Of a DNA stretch of 64,000 nt, positions 9,045 through 18,701 are shown one piece after another. The translations under genes and the position numbers were made by a program. The notes under the pieces were generated by a model. The model saw only the letters and a program-made list of their open reading frames with translations, did not search any database and was not told the DNA's origin. The first letter of the stretch is position 1. Every line of letters starts with the position of its first letter. Source of the stretch: an uncultured virus (IMG/VR IMGVR_UViG_3300042261_000615) (taxonomy: Duplodnaviria > Heunggongvirae > Uroviricota > Caudoviricetes); IMG/VR virus record IMGVR_UViG_3300042261_000615. One strand, given 5' to 3'.

Positions 9045-9668
9045 TTATTCTTTATATTTCCATATATATCCACCAGCCGATTTTTGCTGATTTTTACAAA
9101 CTCGAGTTATGTCACCCTTATCCGTATGTGTTGATTTTCCAGCATCAGATACACTATTATATTCAGCTATAAATATCATAGACTTATCAAACTGTTGTAC
9201 TATTCGTTTTTTAGTACTGCCATCACTCATCTTTTTACGAATTTCATCTGTATAAATTCGATTCTTAGCCGCAGAACTTATTTTCAATCTTGCCTCAATT
9301 GTGTGCGTTTTTCCGAAAATTGGATTTTTATCACCAATACGAGATATGCTCATTTTATTTCTAGTAGTTTCACTAAAAACACGACCTGTATTATGGAATC
9401 CAATTCCAGGGATATTAAAATTTTGATTTAACCCATCATCAATACACTATTGTATCAATTTACTTTCTTCTAAAATAGCAGCATCTCTTGTCAAAAAATC
9501 AGTTCGTAAAATACGTTTAACTAAATTGGATTTATCAGGTTTCCATGCAACCATAGATCCCATATATCTTACATCATCAATAGCATCACCTTTACAAGTT
9601 CTACTCCCTATATAATACTTTCCGGTAGTGGGTTCTGTTATAATGTATGTATAATGTGTATAATCCAT
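9045..9668 (-). pseudogene. GIY-YIG/NUMOD3/NUMOD1 homing endonuclease interrupted by one in-frame TAG (9447-9449)
   Basis: ORF 9447-9668 (YTYIIT..KYYIGSR) and ORF 9045-9353 (NPIFGKTHT; VQQFD..AGGYIWKY) share a frame; the sequence after TAG reads CIDDGLNQNFNIPGIGFHNTGRVFSETTRNK with no other stop. Confidence 0.8.
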
Positions 9669-10261
9669 TAAATTATCTCTGTGATTATCTCACGCATTAA
9701 ATCATGTGCCCTACAAAACTCACCACAAACATCCGTACCAATACTCATCAATGGATTCACACCTTCAGTTATTGGTCTCATAAATGCACCATGAGTTGAT
9801 GGGTTGCTCACAAAGTCCCAGCATAGGAGGTCGAAATCGTCTTGCACTTCAACTCGGCCTTCTCCAATATTACGAGTAGAACCCAATCCACGTGAAGATA
9901 TGCCCAATAAAATACCCGCTCTCAATAATTCTTTCAAAATATTTCCAGATGGAGTTGGCAGTATCTCAACAACACCAATCAAATCATCACCATTCCAATA
10001 GATTTCCCTAATGTTATGGGACACATTCTTCAAATTGATTACAGTTGAGTCTGGATGGTCCAACTCACCTAGAGCACGTCTCTCTTTGATAAGTTGTTCG
10101 TATTTTTTAACTTCCCTATCAAGAATATGGTGTGGATAAACTCTACCATTTTGGTTTTCAGCGCCAGCGCGTTGTAAAACACCACGCACAATTGTTCTAC
10201 CATTTGCATCTTCTTGAAGTTTTCCTTCAAACAGTTGGGTTTCTATTAACAATGATTTCAT
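9668..10261 (-). CDS. Prohead core protease (T4 gp21-like)
   Basis: NQNGRVYP, ALGELDHP, GISSRGLGS and DFVSNPS motifs. Confidence 0.95.
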   Translation of the reverse strand: MKSLLIETQLFEGKLQEDANGRTIVRGVLQRAGAENQNGRVYPHHILDREVKKYEQLIKERRALGELDHPDSTVINLKNVSHNIREIYWNGDDLIGVVEILPTPSGNILKELLRAGILLGISSRGLGSTRNIGEGRVEVQDDFDLLCWDFVSNPSTHGAFMRPITEGVNPLMSIGTDVCGEFCRAHDLMREIITEII

Positions 10262-10788
10262 AGTTTTCTAATTTTTTCGGATATATTCATCAACCGTTCC
10301 CTAATTGAATGTAAATTCTTTTGTGTTCTAACCCAATAATCTTCATTCTTTACACCGCCTTCGGTTTTAATTTTAGAATACCAATTGATAAATGTCTCTA
10401 TTTCCGATAATTGTTTTCGTATATTGCTTATACCTTTTCCAAATTTTGCTTTCGGTGTTGATTCTTCACGTTTCAATTCCAACCAGCGGTTTTCCTTTAC
10501 CAACTGATATCCGAGTTGAGTTGCAATTTCCTTTCTGCGATTGTTATCCTTTTTACCACCCGAAAAAGCATTTGGTGTTAAATAACCAGGAACGGCAGCC
10601 GTACCAGTCATTTCTTCCAAGTCATCATCATCACATTCAACTTCTTCATTTTTTGGAACGCAATTGGGTACTTGTTTACCATCTTTGGATTTCATACCAA
10701 TCATTTCGTAATTGTCCCAGCAGGGTGAATCTTCATTCAACCTATTCAGTTCTTCTCTGATTATAAGTCTTAGTTCGGATTTTTTCAT
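10258..10788 (-). CDS. MKKSEL-leader head protein
   Basis: Begins MKKSELRLIIREELNRLNE; PCWDNYEMIGMK..VPNCVP and PGYLTPNAF motifs. Confidence 0.7.
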   Translation of the reverse strand: MKKSELRLIIREELNRLNEDSPCWDNYEMIGMKSKDGKQVPNCVPKNEEVECDDDDLEEMTGTAAVPGYLTPNAFSGGKKDNNRRKEIATQLGYQLVKENRWLELKREESTPKAKFGKGISNIRKQLSEIETFINWYSKIKTEGGVKNEDYWVRTQKNLHSIRERLMNISEKIRKL

Positions 10789-11651
10789 TTTGCCTTTCCT
10801 TTTAGTTCCTTAATCAGTTCATATGATAACATAATAGCCGATACCTGATTATCATTTACATTCTTAACAATCTTCATTTTTTCCAAAACAGAAATAGTTT
10901 CGGACAGTTTTATCTTAGTGACAGTATCGTTTATTTTGGAATTTATCTTTTTCAATTCGGAAACTATTTTGGGAATTTCGGATGATATATAATCCTTAAA
11001 TTTAGTAGTATTGGATATATTGTTGATATACTCCTTTAACAATCCCTTTTGTTTATCATCCAAATTGGTATACTTCTTATTGAAAGTTTCTACTAGAATC
11101 TTATAAGTAAGTAATCTCAAATCTTTCTCTTGTTTTTTATATGATTCGATGAGTTTGATATTGTCCGAATCTACAGATTTTATTGATTGTTTAGTTGCTA
11201 TGTTCTCAACCAATGTTTGTTTTGAATCAAATATATCTTTGACATCATATTCGGAATTACTGGATTCAAACATCTTATATATAGAAGCCAACACCTTATA
11301 ATTTGAAACGGGCGATGACAAAAATTGCGTTATATCAAATTTTTCAGTTATCGCCTTTACCAGATTATACTTTTCAGTTAGAAGTTTGGATTCATTTATA
11401 CGAGTTCGAGCAATCAATACGGCATCGACAAACTTTTCTGCCTTTTCAGTTGTATTATATTTTTCCTTTTGTAGTAATTCATACAATCTCAACTCTTTAT
11501 TCAATTCAGTGGATGGGGAAAAGTATTTGGCAACAATATGCTTAGCATGTTCATTCTTATCACCGTTCAATACTTCCAATGTTATCTGTCTCACAAGCAA
11601 TTCGAATAGTATCCCCGTATTCTTGTATTTTGAATGTTTAATTTTCTTCAT
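10785..11651 (-). CDS. Head-module protein between portal and protease
   Basis: 288-aa helical ORF beginning KIKHSKYKNTGILFELLVRQIT; promoter motif at 11690-11698. Confidence 0.6.
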   Translation of the reverse strand: MKKIKHSKYKNTGILFELLVRQITLEVLNGDKNEHAKHIVAKYFSPSTELNKELRLYELLQKEKYNTTEKAEKFVDAVLIARTRINESKLLTEKYNLVKAITEKFDITQFLSSPVSNYKVLASIYKMFESSNSEYDVKDIFDSKQTLVENIATKQSIKSVDSDNIKLIESYKKQEKDLRLLTYKILVETFNKKYTNLDDKQKGLLKEYINNISNTTKFKDYISSEIPKIVSELKKINSKINDTVTKIKLSETISVLEKMKIVKNVNDNQVSAIMLSYELIKELKGKAK

Positions 11652-11728
11652 TATTTAATTATAAATTAAGCACAATTTGTAATTATACATATAAATATAA
11701 CGATTTTAATCTTTACTAAAATTTTATG

Positions 11729-13483
11729 TTATTTTATCGTATCCAATATATTATTTTCATCTAAAAAAGTTGTTTCTTCTCCCAATAACTTCTTTTTGGA
11801 AGATATACCATTTATATATTGCGTAGCCGCATGCTTGCCGGCTGTATAATTCTTACCCTCACGCTTCAATTCTTCGGTATTTTCCTTATGCCCCAATGGG
11901 TCTCTACCATATGGATGTTTATCCTTACCGTATGTGTTGCCTTCTTTGGGTCTACCACCCACATCTTGAACTTTTGCCAACTCCTCAATTTCCTGTTCTA
12001 CATTGGTTTGTTGCGGTGGATTTGCGGGGTCTTGCCCTTGCTGTTCTATTGCGTTGTAACGATACATAGATTTCATATCTTGAACTACTTTAGCACGTTC
12101 AAGACTAATATCATCCTTACTCAATCCGAATATATTTTCATACTGCCAATCAGTCGAAAACATTTTCAATTGCTGCATACTATTAGCTAATGTAACCTTT
12201 TCAGACCAAAGATTTATCTTTTCTTGCTCATAAATTGTAGAAGCATTAGTAAGTGATAATTCAAAATTAGTCATTTCAGCATCCGTTATACCCTGTGCAG
12301 CCAAGTGTACTATTGCTATTTTTGTCAATTCACTTACAACAGTTCTTTGAATTCTTTCGATGGTTCGGGCGAATCGAACATCTTCAGCCGCTAAAGTAGC
12401 CTTACCATTTACATTTTCATCATACGCCAAATACGCTTTGGGTATTCGCAGTGCGGCAAATAATTTATGTTTTAGATAATCAATGTCCTCAATTGCCATA
12501 TAATTCAACCCACCCAACGTATCAATTGATGTACCACTGTCACCCCCACGAACTGGTAAATAAAAATCTTCGGTAAGGTTTTGTATGTTATACTTTAAGT
12601 TGTATTCGCCTGTATTTTGGTCTACGAATGGAGTTTTCTTCATCCGATTCATAATCTTTTGCATATAGTTATCAACTTCGGTTGGGTTTATATTACCGAT
12701 GTCGATTTTGAATACACGTTTATCAGGGGCTCTCATAATACGATGTATCAACATAGCATCTTCCATCAATGATAATTGTTTCCAAACACGGCGAGCGCCT
12801 TCAATCATTGACTTACCATATGGTAAAAAATTGGTGTCAGAAAGAAGTCTGAAATGAGCCATTTCATAGTTTTCATAATTAGATTTCCCCAACATATCTT
12901 GCTCCACCTTAAATTTGACATAGTTGGAATTATTAGGGTCTCCACCCTCAATACGTTCGGTATAATATATTGATTGGGGAATAATATTCATAATACCCTG
13001 CCCCTCACCAATCTCAAGTGTCAAAAAGAAATCACCATATTTTACAAGATTGCGTATCCACGGCCACAAATTGAATTCAACATTTAGTACATCATAAAAT
13101 AAATTGTCCAGCAACACTTTGATTTCTTCGTTGGATGACCGTATTTGTAGAACTTCACCAAATTCGTTTTTGGTCGTGGATTCATCTGCAAAAATGTCGA
13201 GCGCTGATGCTATGATTGGGTCGTTATCCATTGCATCATAATCACGGAAAAGTTCCCTACGAACCTGGTGGTATGCCATTGATTGTGCACTGGCCTGTGT
13301 TTCATAATATGAACGTTGTAATTTGGAATATCGGTCACGCAGCATTAATAGGTTTGTGTTTACCTGCCGTTCATCCGTATCTACAACTTTTCGTTTACCA
13401 TCTTTATCAATAGTTACGATTGCCTGCGTTGAAAATAATTTCCTTAAATTATTAAAAAAATTATTATTTTGTTGTTCTGCCAT
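11729..13483 (-). CDS. Portal vertex protein (T4 gp20-like)
   Basis: LMEDAMLIHRIMRAPDKRVFKIDIGN, EDFYLPVRG and IDTLGG motifs. Confidence 0.95.
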   Translation of the reverse strand: MAEQQNNNFFNNLRKLFSTQAIVTIDKDGKRKVVDTDERQVNTNLLMLRDRYSKLQRSYYETQASAQSMAYHQVRRELFRDYDAMDNDPIIASALDIFADESTTKNEFGEVLQIRSSNEEIKVLLDNLFYDVLNVEFNLWPWIRNLVKYGDFFLTLEIGEGQGIMNIIPQSIYYTERIEGGDPNNSNYVKFKVEQDMLGKSNYENYEMAHFRLLSDTNFLPYGKSMIEGARRVWKQLSLMEDAMLIHRIMRAPDKRVFKIDIGNINPTEVDNYMQKIMNRMKKTPFVDQNTGEYNLKYNIQNLTEDFYLPVRGGDSGTSIDTLGGLNYMAIEDIDYLKHKLFAALRIPKAYLAYDENVNGKATLAAEDVRFARTIERIQRTVVSELTKIAIVHLAAQGITDAEMTNFELSLTNASTIYEQEKINLWSEKVTLANSMQQLKMFSTDWQYENIFGLSKDDISLERAKVVQDMKSMYRYNAIEQQGQDPANPPQQTNVEQEIEELAKVQDVGGRPKEGNTYGKDKHPYGRDPLGHKENTEELKREGKNYTAGKHAATQYINGISSKKKLLGEETTFLDENNILDTIK

Positions 13484-13751
13484 ATTCTGTTATTTTTATT
13501 TTTAAGGCGCCGTTTCCTTTCAAAACTCGATGATACTTATTGGATTCTATCAAAATAAAATCACCAACCTTCATAATTTTAGGTAACTGATTATCATATT
13601 GCATATACCAATTATCACATTCCAATATCTCAATTCTACGATTACGTCGGTCACGGTGCCATACCAACTCATTTGGGTCGGTATCCGCATCGAATACTCT
13701 ATAAATAGTATTTCCCTGCTTAATATCGTTATAAGGTTTAGGTGTTTCCAT
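13464..13751 (-). CDS. Small cupin-like protein (WHRD motif)
   Basis: ELVWHRDRRNR...YHRVLKG; likely start is the ATG at 13751 (TAATG overlap). Confidence 0.6.
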   Translation of the reverse strand: METPKPYNDIKQGNTIYRVFDADTDPNELVWHRDRRNRRIEILECDNWYMQYDNQLPKIMKVGDFILIESNKYHRVLKGNGALKIKITEYGRTTK

Positions 13752-14311
13752 TACCAATAAAAGTTTCCTTGTGTTATACCTAAAGACTTCCCATAGCGTG
13801 GAAGATTGCACGACCAGTAGCCAGCCGTTGTCCTATCTTTTTTATCTTCACAATTATGTCTTGCCGCAAATGCCTTTCGTGCCTCCGGATTACTTATCTT
13901 TGTACTCAAACCACCTTTACTATCTCCAAAATTCACTTTGATAATGTTTCCATTATCATTTTTCACATATACTTTATATTTCTTCGGACCGGAACTTCGC
14001 ATTGGTTTATTTAAGTCCACACTCTTACCATTATATTCAGCCTCATTTACAGATTTTATTTCAATCGGAATATCCAATGCAACAATCGTTCCATTATAGT
14101 TTCCAACCTCACCGATGTTAGTCTGTAGCAACCAAATATCATCGGTATTCACAATTTGTAATTCACCACACTCCCATAGATGTCTAGCTTCTCTGACCAA
14201 TGCGTAGTATGAATTACTACCGGGCCTATATACACATTCTGATAATGGTTTTTTGTTATCCAAATGCCACTGCAACCCATCACTTATTTTACGTTTAACT
14301 AATAATTTCAT
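13751..14311 (-). CDS. DUF6321-like phage protein
   Basis: KKYKVYVKN..KVNFGD..ARKAFAARHNC..TAGYWSC. Confidence 0.65.
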   Translation of the reverse strand: MKLLVKRKISDGLQWHLDNKKPLSECVYRPGSNSYYALVREARHLWECGELQIVNTDDIWLLQTNIGEVGNYNGTIVALDIPIEIKSVNEAEYNGKSVDLNKPMRSSGPKKYKVYVKNDNGNIIKVNFGDSKGGLSTKISNPEARKAFAARHNCEDKKDRTTAGYWSCNLPRYGKSLGITQGNFYW

Positions 14312-14357
14312 TTTGGCTATAAGTATCGTATATCTTATAAATATAAAAAAAAATAAA

Positions 14358-15782
14358 TTACAACCACTTACTTAAGTCCTCAACCTCACCCCCAACATTT
14401 ATCTTCCAAGGGTCGTTATCCATAACAGCACTACCCCCATAGATACCACTATATGTTTGCGATGTGATACCCGATATAGTTGCCTTTGTCAAATCAATAC
14501 CTTCCTGCCGTAACCTTAGAGCAGTGTCCCGAACCCACAACCCAATAGAAAGACTCATTACCAAATCATCATTATACCCACGCATTGCCTCAGCTCTGCC
14601 ACCAAGCCAAATAAATGTAAATAACTCATCTATAAGTCTTTGAGAACGTACAGTAATTGATTTTTCCTTAAAATAATCTTCCAATTTTGATATAATAAGT
14701 GGTCTTGATTTTGATGTTGTTGAAAATCCAGCAACCAATCCACGATCCTCAGATCTATATTTATTTGTCATTTGTGTTGAAGTATCTACATATTTCAAAT
14801 CCTTAGACATATAAAAAAGATTTTTATAATTTCGATCTATTACTTGTTGTATAGTAGCCCACCCAATGTTTGCATTTTCTATCACAAGCAACGCATCGTT
14901 GTATTCAGTTGCAAGTGATACCAAAAAATTACCAAAATCCTTAGTATCCATCTTACCCCTATATTCCGCAACTTGTGCTGAATTGGATACATCAAGTACA
15001 TGACATGCTGAATAGTCTGCACCATCACCTCTGGCAACGTCAGCTACCACCATATATGTCTTGTTAAAATCGGGGTATTCCCACTTCCATAAATTACCAT
15101 CAATACCACCCTTTTCGATTGGTGGTATTACATACGTTTCTTTATAAAACATCAGCAATTCCGGATCAATCACAGTATCACCGGAACTCACGAAATCTGC
15201 GTCACATTCTTGAGCGGCTTTCTTATGTCCTAACAATACTTCCTGGTCATCTCTCCATTTCTGGTCTCGTTCCGGATGAACAGTCCAATGTAATTTAATC
15301 GGATTAAATAGTTGATTCCCCTCTTCAGATTGAACCCACGTACGATGAAACCAATTACCAACACCATTTGGGGTTGAAAGTGCGATACAACTACCACCAG
15401 TGGATAACGTTGATTGTGCAGATGTCCAAATTTCATCAATATCTTCAATGAACGCACAATTATGACTTACAATTCCATCCGAAATATATTCACCATTGAG
15501 TTCCACGTCAGTAATACCATAAACTGTGAATACCCCATCTTCATATGAAATGTCGGAAACTACCTTGCCACCACACAATTCATCACCAATAATAATATTA
15601 CTCGCTTCCAAAAACTCACCAGTCGGAAATTTGAAAAGATGGTTGTCCGTACATTTTGTCGATGTCCCATCAGTGAACGATATTGTAAACAACACATCCA
15701 CTGCCGTGCAGTGTATACCGATAAAGTCGCTAAATCCGTCGGGCGTTTCGATCTGCCAATCATTTATTTGCTTATATATCAT
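14358..15782 (-). CDS. terL: Terminase large subunit, C-terminal half, preceded by a 108-aa C-intein
   Basis: Intein blocks (CTDNHLF; VYGITDV; GIVSHN) followed by CAFI, LSTPNG, ADVARGDGADYS and NDDLVMS terminase motifs. Confidence 0.93.
   Translation of the reverse strand: MIYKQINDWQIETPDGFSDFIGIHCTAVDVLFTISFTDGTSTKCTDNHLFKFPTGEFLEASNIIIGDELCGGKVVSDISYEDGVFTVYGITDVELNGEYISDGIVSHNCAFIEDIDEIWTSAQSTLSTGGSCIALSTPNGVGNWFHRTWVQSEEGNQLFNPIKLHWTVHPERDQKWRDDQEVLLGHKKAAQECDADFVSSGDTVIDPELLMFYKETYVIPPIEKGGIDGNLWKWEYPDFNKTYMVVADVARGDGADYSACHVLDVSNSAQVAEYRGKMDTKDFGNFLVSLATEYNDALLVIENANIGWATIQQVIDRNYKNLFYMSKDLKYVDTSTQMTNKYRSEDRGLVAGFSTTSKSRPLIISKLEDYFKEKSITVRSQRLIDELFTFIWLGGRAEAMRGYNDDLVMSLSIGLWVRDTALRLRQEGIDLTKATISGITSQTYSGIYGGSAVMDNDPWKINVGGEVEDLSKWL
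15459..15782 (-). mobile_element. Split intein C-fragment (IntC, 108 aa) of terL
   Basis: Contains the block B TxxH motif and ends SHN followed by Cys+1. Confidence 0.9.
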
Positions 15783-17229
15783 TTTTGAAAGTATATTTAT
15801 TGTTAAACAATATCTTATAGGGTAGATATCCGTTAGTAGTACTGTACATTTGAGCTGCTATAACTTTGGTAAGAAATTCCCCCGATTCCAGCGATTCCCA
15901 ATACCATTTATGCTTACCCTTTATTTCAATCAATCTGAACCTATCATTTTGTTTTATTTTGAAATCAACTCGATATATTCTAGCTACCCCACCCAATGTA
16001 TATTCAACCGCGTCACCATCGAATATCTCAATATTGTTCTCCTCACAATATTGAATGAATCGTAATTCGGGTTTCGACTGGTAGTGTATCACATTGCCAT
16101 TTTTCAAAGTGTATTCATGAAGTCTATAACTATGAGATTGTGCTGTCATGCATTTATTATACACATCCACATTTTGCATTGGGTTTTCTACACCATATTT
16201 TAGTATACTCGATTCCTTATATTTTTGCCTAAACTCATCTGTTTGAAAGTATGCACCCACACCGTACTTTTTTTGATTGCTCTTTTTAATTAAATCTTGA
16301 ACCCATGCAAGTTGTGAAACATTTTCTACTTGATATTTGTCAAGCAATGCAGACTTACGGTTCACCTTCTGTTTTTCAACAACCCATTCAATTTGGTTTA
16401 TGTCATCAACCCCATATATACGTTGCAGCACTCTCTTGTTCTGGAGTGCTGTTATACCCCCATACCTATCCAAATTCGTTTTTTGTACTTTTTCAAGTAT
16501 GTCGGTGTTTTGCAATGGGTACTCTACCCCATATTTCTCTAAATTCGTTGCCTTTATGCGTGATGATAGTATAGGTGAACCGTGTAGTGTACCCCCATAA
16601 CGGGCAACCGATGTATCCAAACTTTTTTGTTTTATTTCCGGCAATTGCTGACCCCACTCAACACCATACCTATCCATATTTGTACTGATAGTTGTTTCCT
16701 TGACCTGTTTCGATTTTGTGTGATGATCAACACCATATTTGGCAAGTACAGTCTTAATGTATTTAGTCTTGTATTCATCGGTAGCGGTCGAAAACACACC
16801 GTTATGATTTTTTATATTGGTGGCAATCATTTGTTCAACATTATTATAATTTCTGTCACCATATCGTTCAAATTTAGTTACTTTAACTTTTTCTGCGATA
16901 CCGGCTACTTTACTAATATTATCGACACCATATTTAGCAAGTACTGCTTTTTTCGTATTTTCAGACTTGCGCTTACGTACCATCGGATTCTCACAACTGC
17001 ATTTGAATGAACAATGTCGTTCATATCCCCTCACCACCGATATGAATTTGGTCGGATTGGTGCACGATGGGTTCTCGCATATATTCAACGTATCCGATGA
17101 TTCATATTTTTTATAGTATTCTTCAAGAGAATATATTTCTCCTTTTTTAATATGAAAATAACTGATATGGTTTGAAAGCCCTTCGGCGCTTTTACATTCC
17201 TTGTTGCAAATTCTACATTTCAAATCCAT
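15772..17229 (-). CDS. Free-standing endonuclease between the terL halves (zinc finger, KYGV repeats, PD-(D/E)xK domain)
   Basis: CRIC..H...H zinc finger; about 10 KYGV/RYG repeats; C-terminal YQSKPE..YRVDF..LIEIKG; start placed at 17229 (MDLKCRIC), downstream of the promoter motif at 17268-17276. Confidence 0.8.
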   Translation of the reverse strand: MDLKCRICNKECKSAEGLSNHISYFHIKKGEIYSLEEYYKKYESSDTLNICENPSCTNPTKFISVVRGYERHCSFKCSCENPMVRKRKSENTKKAVLAKYGVDNISKVAGIAEKVKVTKFERYGDRNYNNVEQMIATNIKNHNGVFSTATDEYKTKYIKTVLAKYGVDHHTKSKQVKETTISTNMDRYGVEWGQQLPEIKQKSLDTSVARYGGTLHGSPILSSRIKATNLEKYGVEYPLQNTDILEKVQKTNLDRYGGITALQNKRVLQRIYGVDDINQIEWVVEKQKVNRKSALLDKYQVENVSQLAWVQDLIKKSNQKKYGVGAYFQTDEFRQKYKESSILKYGVENPMQNVDVYNKCMTAQSHSYRLHEYTLKNGNVIHYQSKPELRFIQYCEENNIEIFDGDAVEYTLGGVARIYRVDFKIKQNDRFRLIEIKGKHKWYWESLESGEFLTKVIAAQMYSTTNGYLPYKILFNNKYTFKNDI

Positions 17230-17302
17230 TTTTGCGGATGTTAGATTGTCTGATACGTTATCTTTATTATAAATATAGACAAAATAAATTTCCGTTATTT
17301 TA

Positions 17303-17911
17303 TCATAAATAATCGGTGGATTCATATAATTCACCGAGTTTCACCACTCTAACTTCCCCCGTTTCTTTGTTTCGGATAGAAATTTCTGTTTCAAAATTTT
17401 GGCATTCGTCAATTACGAGCAGCGACAGCGCCTCGCTTCTTCCGGCATCCGGAGATGATGCGATTGCTTTAATTTGAGAACCATTACTTAACTTCAAAGA
17501 TAACTTGTTATCCTCCATAGCACCCCCCTTCAACCAAGTAGGTAGCAAATCATGCATTACCCTCACCTTAGTTACAAGGTTTTTAGCAACGTCCTGTTTT
17601 GTAGCAATAACCAATACGTTGAAATCCGAATTGAACAGCATCTTCCATAATGCATATCCAGCAGACAATGTGGATATACCAGTCTGGCGAGATTTTAATA
17701 CAATATTGTAACGATTAGTTGCAAATTCCATCAATGTTTTCTCCTGAAATGGGTACAATTGAAATTGGATTTTACCCCGTACTGGATGTTGAATCATGCA
17801 GTACTTCTTCATAAAATGTACAGGATCTTGACTACATTTTACATATTCTTCAGCTACAATCTGTTTTAATGATTTTTTGGGTTGTATTATATTTGGATTC
17901 AGGTTAGCCAT
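17303..17911 (-). CDS. terL: Terminase large subunit, N-terminal half, ending in a 33-aa N-intein
   Basis: LYPFQ, KSRQTGIST (Walker A region) and LLVIDE (Walker B), followed directly by CQNFETEISI. Confidence 0.93.
   Translation of the reverse strand: MANLNPNIIQPKKSLKQIVAEEYVKCSQDPVHFMKKYCMIQHPVRGKIQFQLYPFQEKTLMEFATNRYNIVLKSRQTGISTLSAGYALWKMLFNSDFNVLVIATKQDVAKNLVTKVRVMHDLLPTWLKGGAMEDNKLSLKLSNGSQIKAIASSPDAGRSEALSLLVIDECQNFETEISIRNKETGEVRVVKLGELYESTDYL
17306..17404 (-). mobile_element. Split intein N-fragment (IntN, 33 aa) of terL
   Basis: Block A-like C..FET.I.I and V.LGELY, then stop. Confidence 0.88.
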
Positions 17912-17920
17912 ATTCGTTCT

Positions 17921-18598
17921 TTAATTATTTAGTGGGGTTACAATATCATAGTTTTTATCCTTTAACGATTCCCACGCAATTTTTCTTAGTTCTATAACTT
18001 CGTCCAATTCTTTTTGTACAATTTCCATATCCTGTGAAATTTGTGTACGTAACTCATCAGCATCCATCTCCATGCGCCACGTTTCAGTAGTTCCATTTTC
18101 GTTTATGTACTCATACTCTTGCTTAACGTCATTATATGCTTGTTTTAAGTTTGCCAAAATATCTATACCATGACTAATCATATTTGAATACATACGATAT
18201 GTCTCATATTCAGTCCACAATCCATCCAACTTTATTTGCATCTCACGCTTCGTTAGACATGACAGACAAAAACCAGTCTTACCTATCAGTTTCTTATCAA
18301 CGGAAGTATATTCGAATGTTTTACAGTCGGAAGATTTACATTCACCAAGTTCAGATAGGTATTGGCGAACTTCTGACATAGTTTCGGATATACTATTAGA
18401 GCGTATCCTGCCAAAAGATTTCTGCTCCCATCGGATTCCATCATCATCTACCCACACATCACCCACGTTCCTATGTATATCAGTTGTTTCAGATGGAAAG
18501 GCAAATTGTTTCGATTTATCATATTCACCAGTAAACACCATATCGGCCAATTTTCGGCGGGTAGGGTGCATAAAACTACGTTTGAACTCTGTACTCAT
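17921..18598 (-). CDS. Hypothetical protein upstream of terL
   Basis: 225 aa; VGDVWVD..WEQK and CxxC pairs; promoter motif at 18621-18629. Confidence 0.55.
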   Translation of the reverse strand: MSTEFKRSFMHPTRRKLADMVFTGEYDKSKQFAFPSETTDIHRNVGDVWVDDDGIRWEQKSFGRIRSNSISETMSEVRQYLSELGECKSSDCKTFEYTSVDKKLIGKTGFCLSCLTKREMQIKLDGLWTEYETYRMYSNMISHGIDILANLKQAYNDVKQEYEYINENGTTETWRMEMDADELRTQISQDMEIVQKELDEVIELRKIAWESLKDKNYDIVTPLNN

Positions 18599-18648
18599 AT
18601 TTGTATATCAATTTAATATATATAAATATATACAATATGAAAAACAAT

Positions 18649-18679
18649 AAAAAAAGAGTGTAATTTTCATTACACTCTT
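18649..18679 (-). terminator. Rho-independent terminator
   Basis: aagagtgtaa-ttttca-ttacactctt inverted repeat with an A-run. Confidence 0.75.
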
Positions 18680-18701
18680 AGTAGATTTAATGGTTAGATA
18701 A

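Noticed and set aside
15783..17302. Group I intron as the explanation for the interrupted terL and sbcC
   Set aside because: Both flanks carry intein motifs (Cys1; HN followed by Cys or Ser) with their own stop and start codons, and there is little non-coding room for a ribozyme core
17921..18598. Terminase small subunit call for the gene upstream of terL
   Set aside because: Only its position suggests this; no recognisable motif
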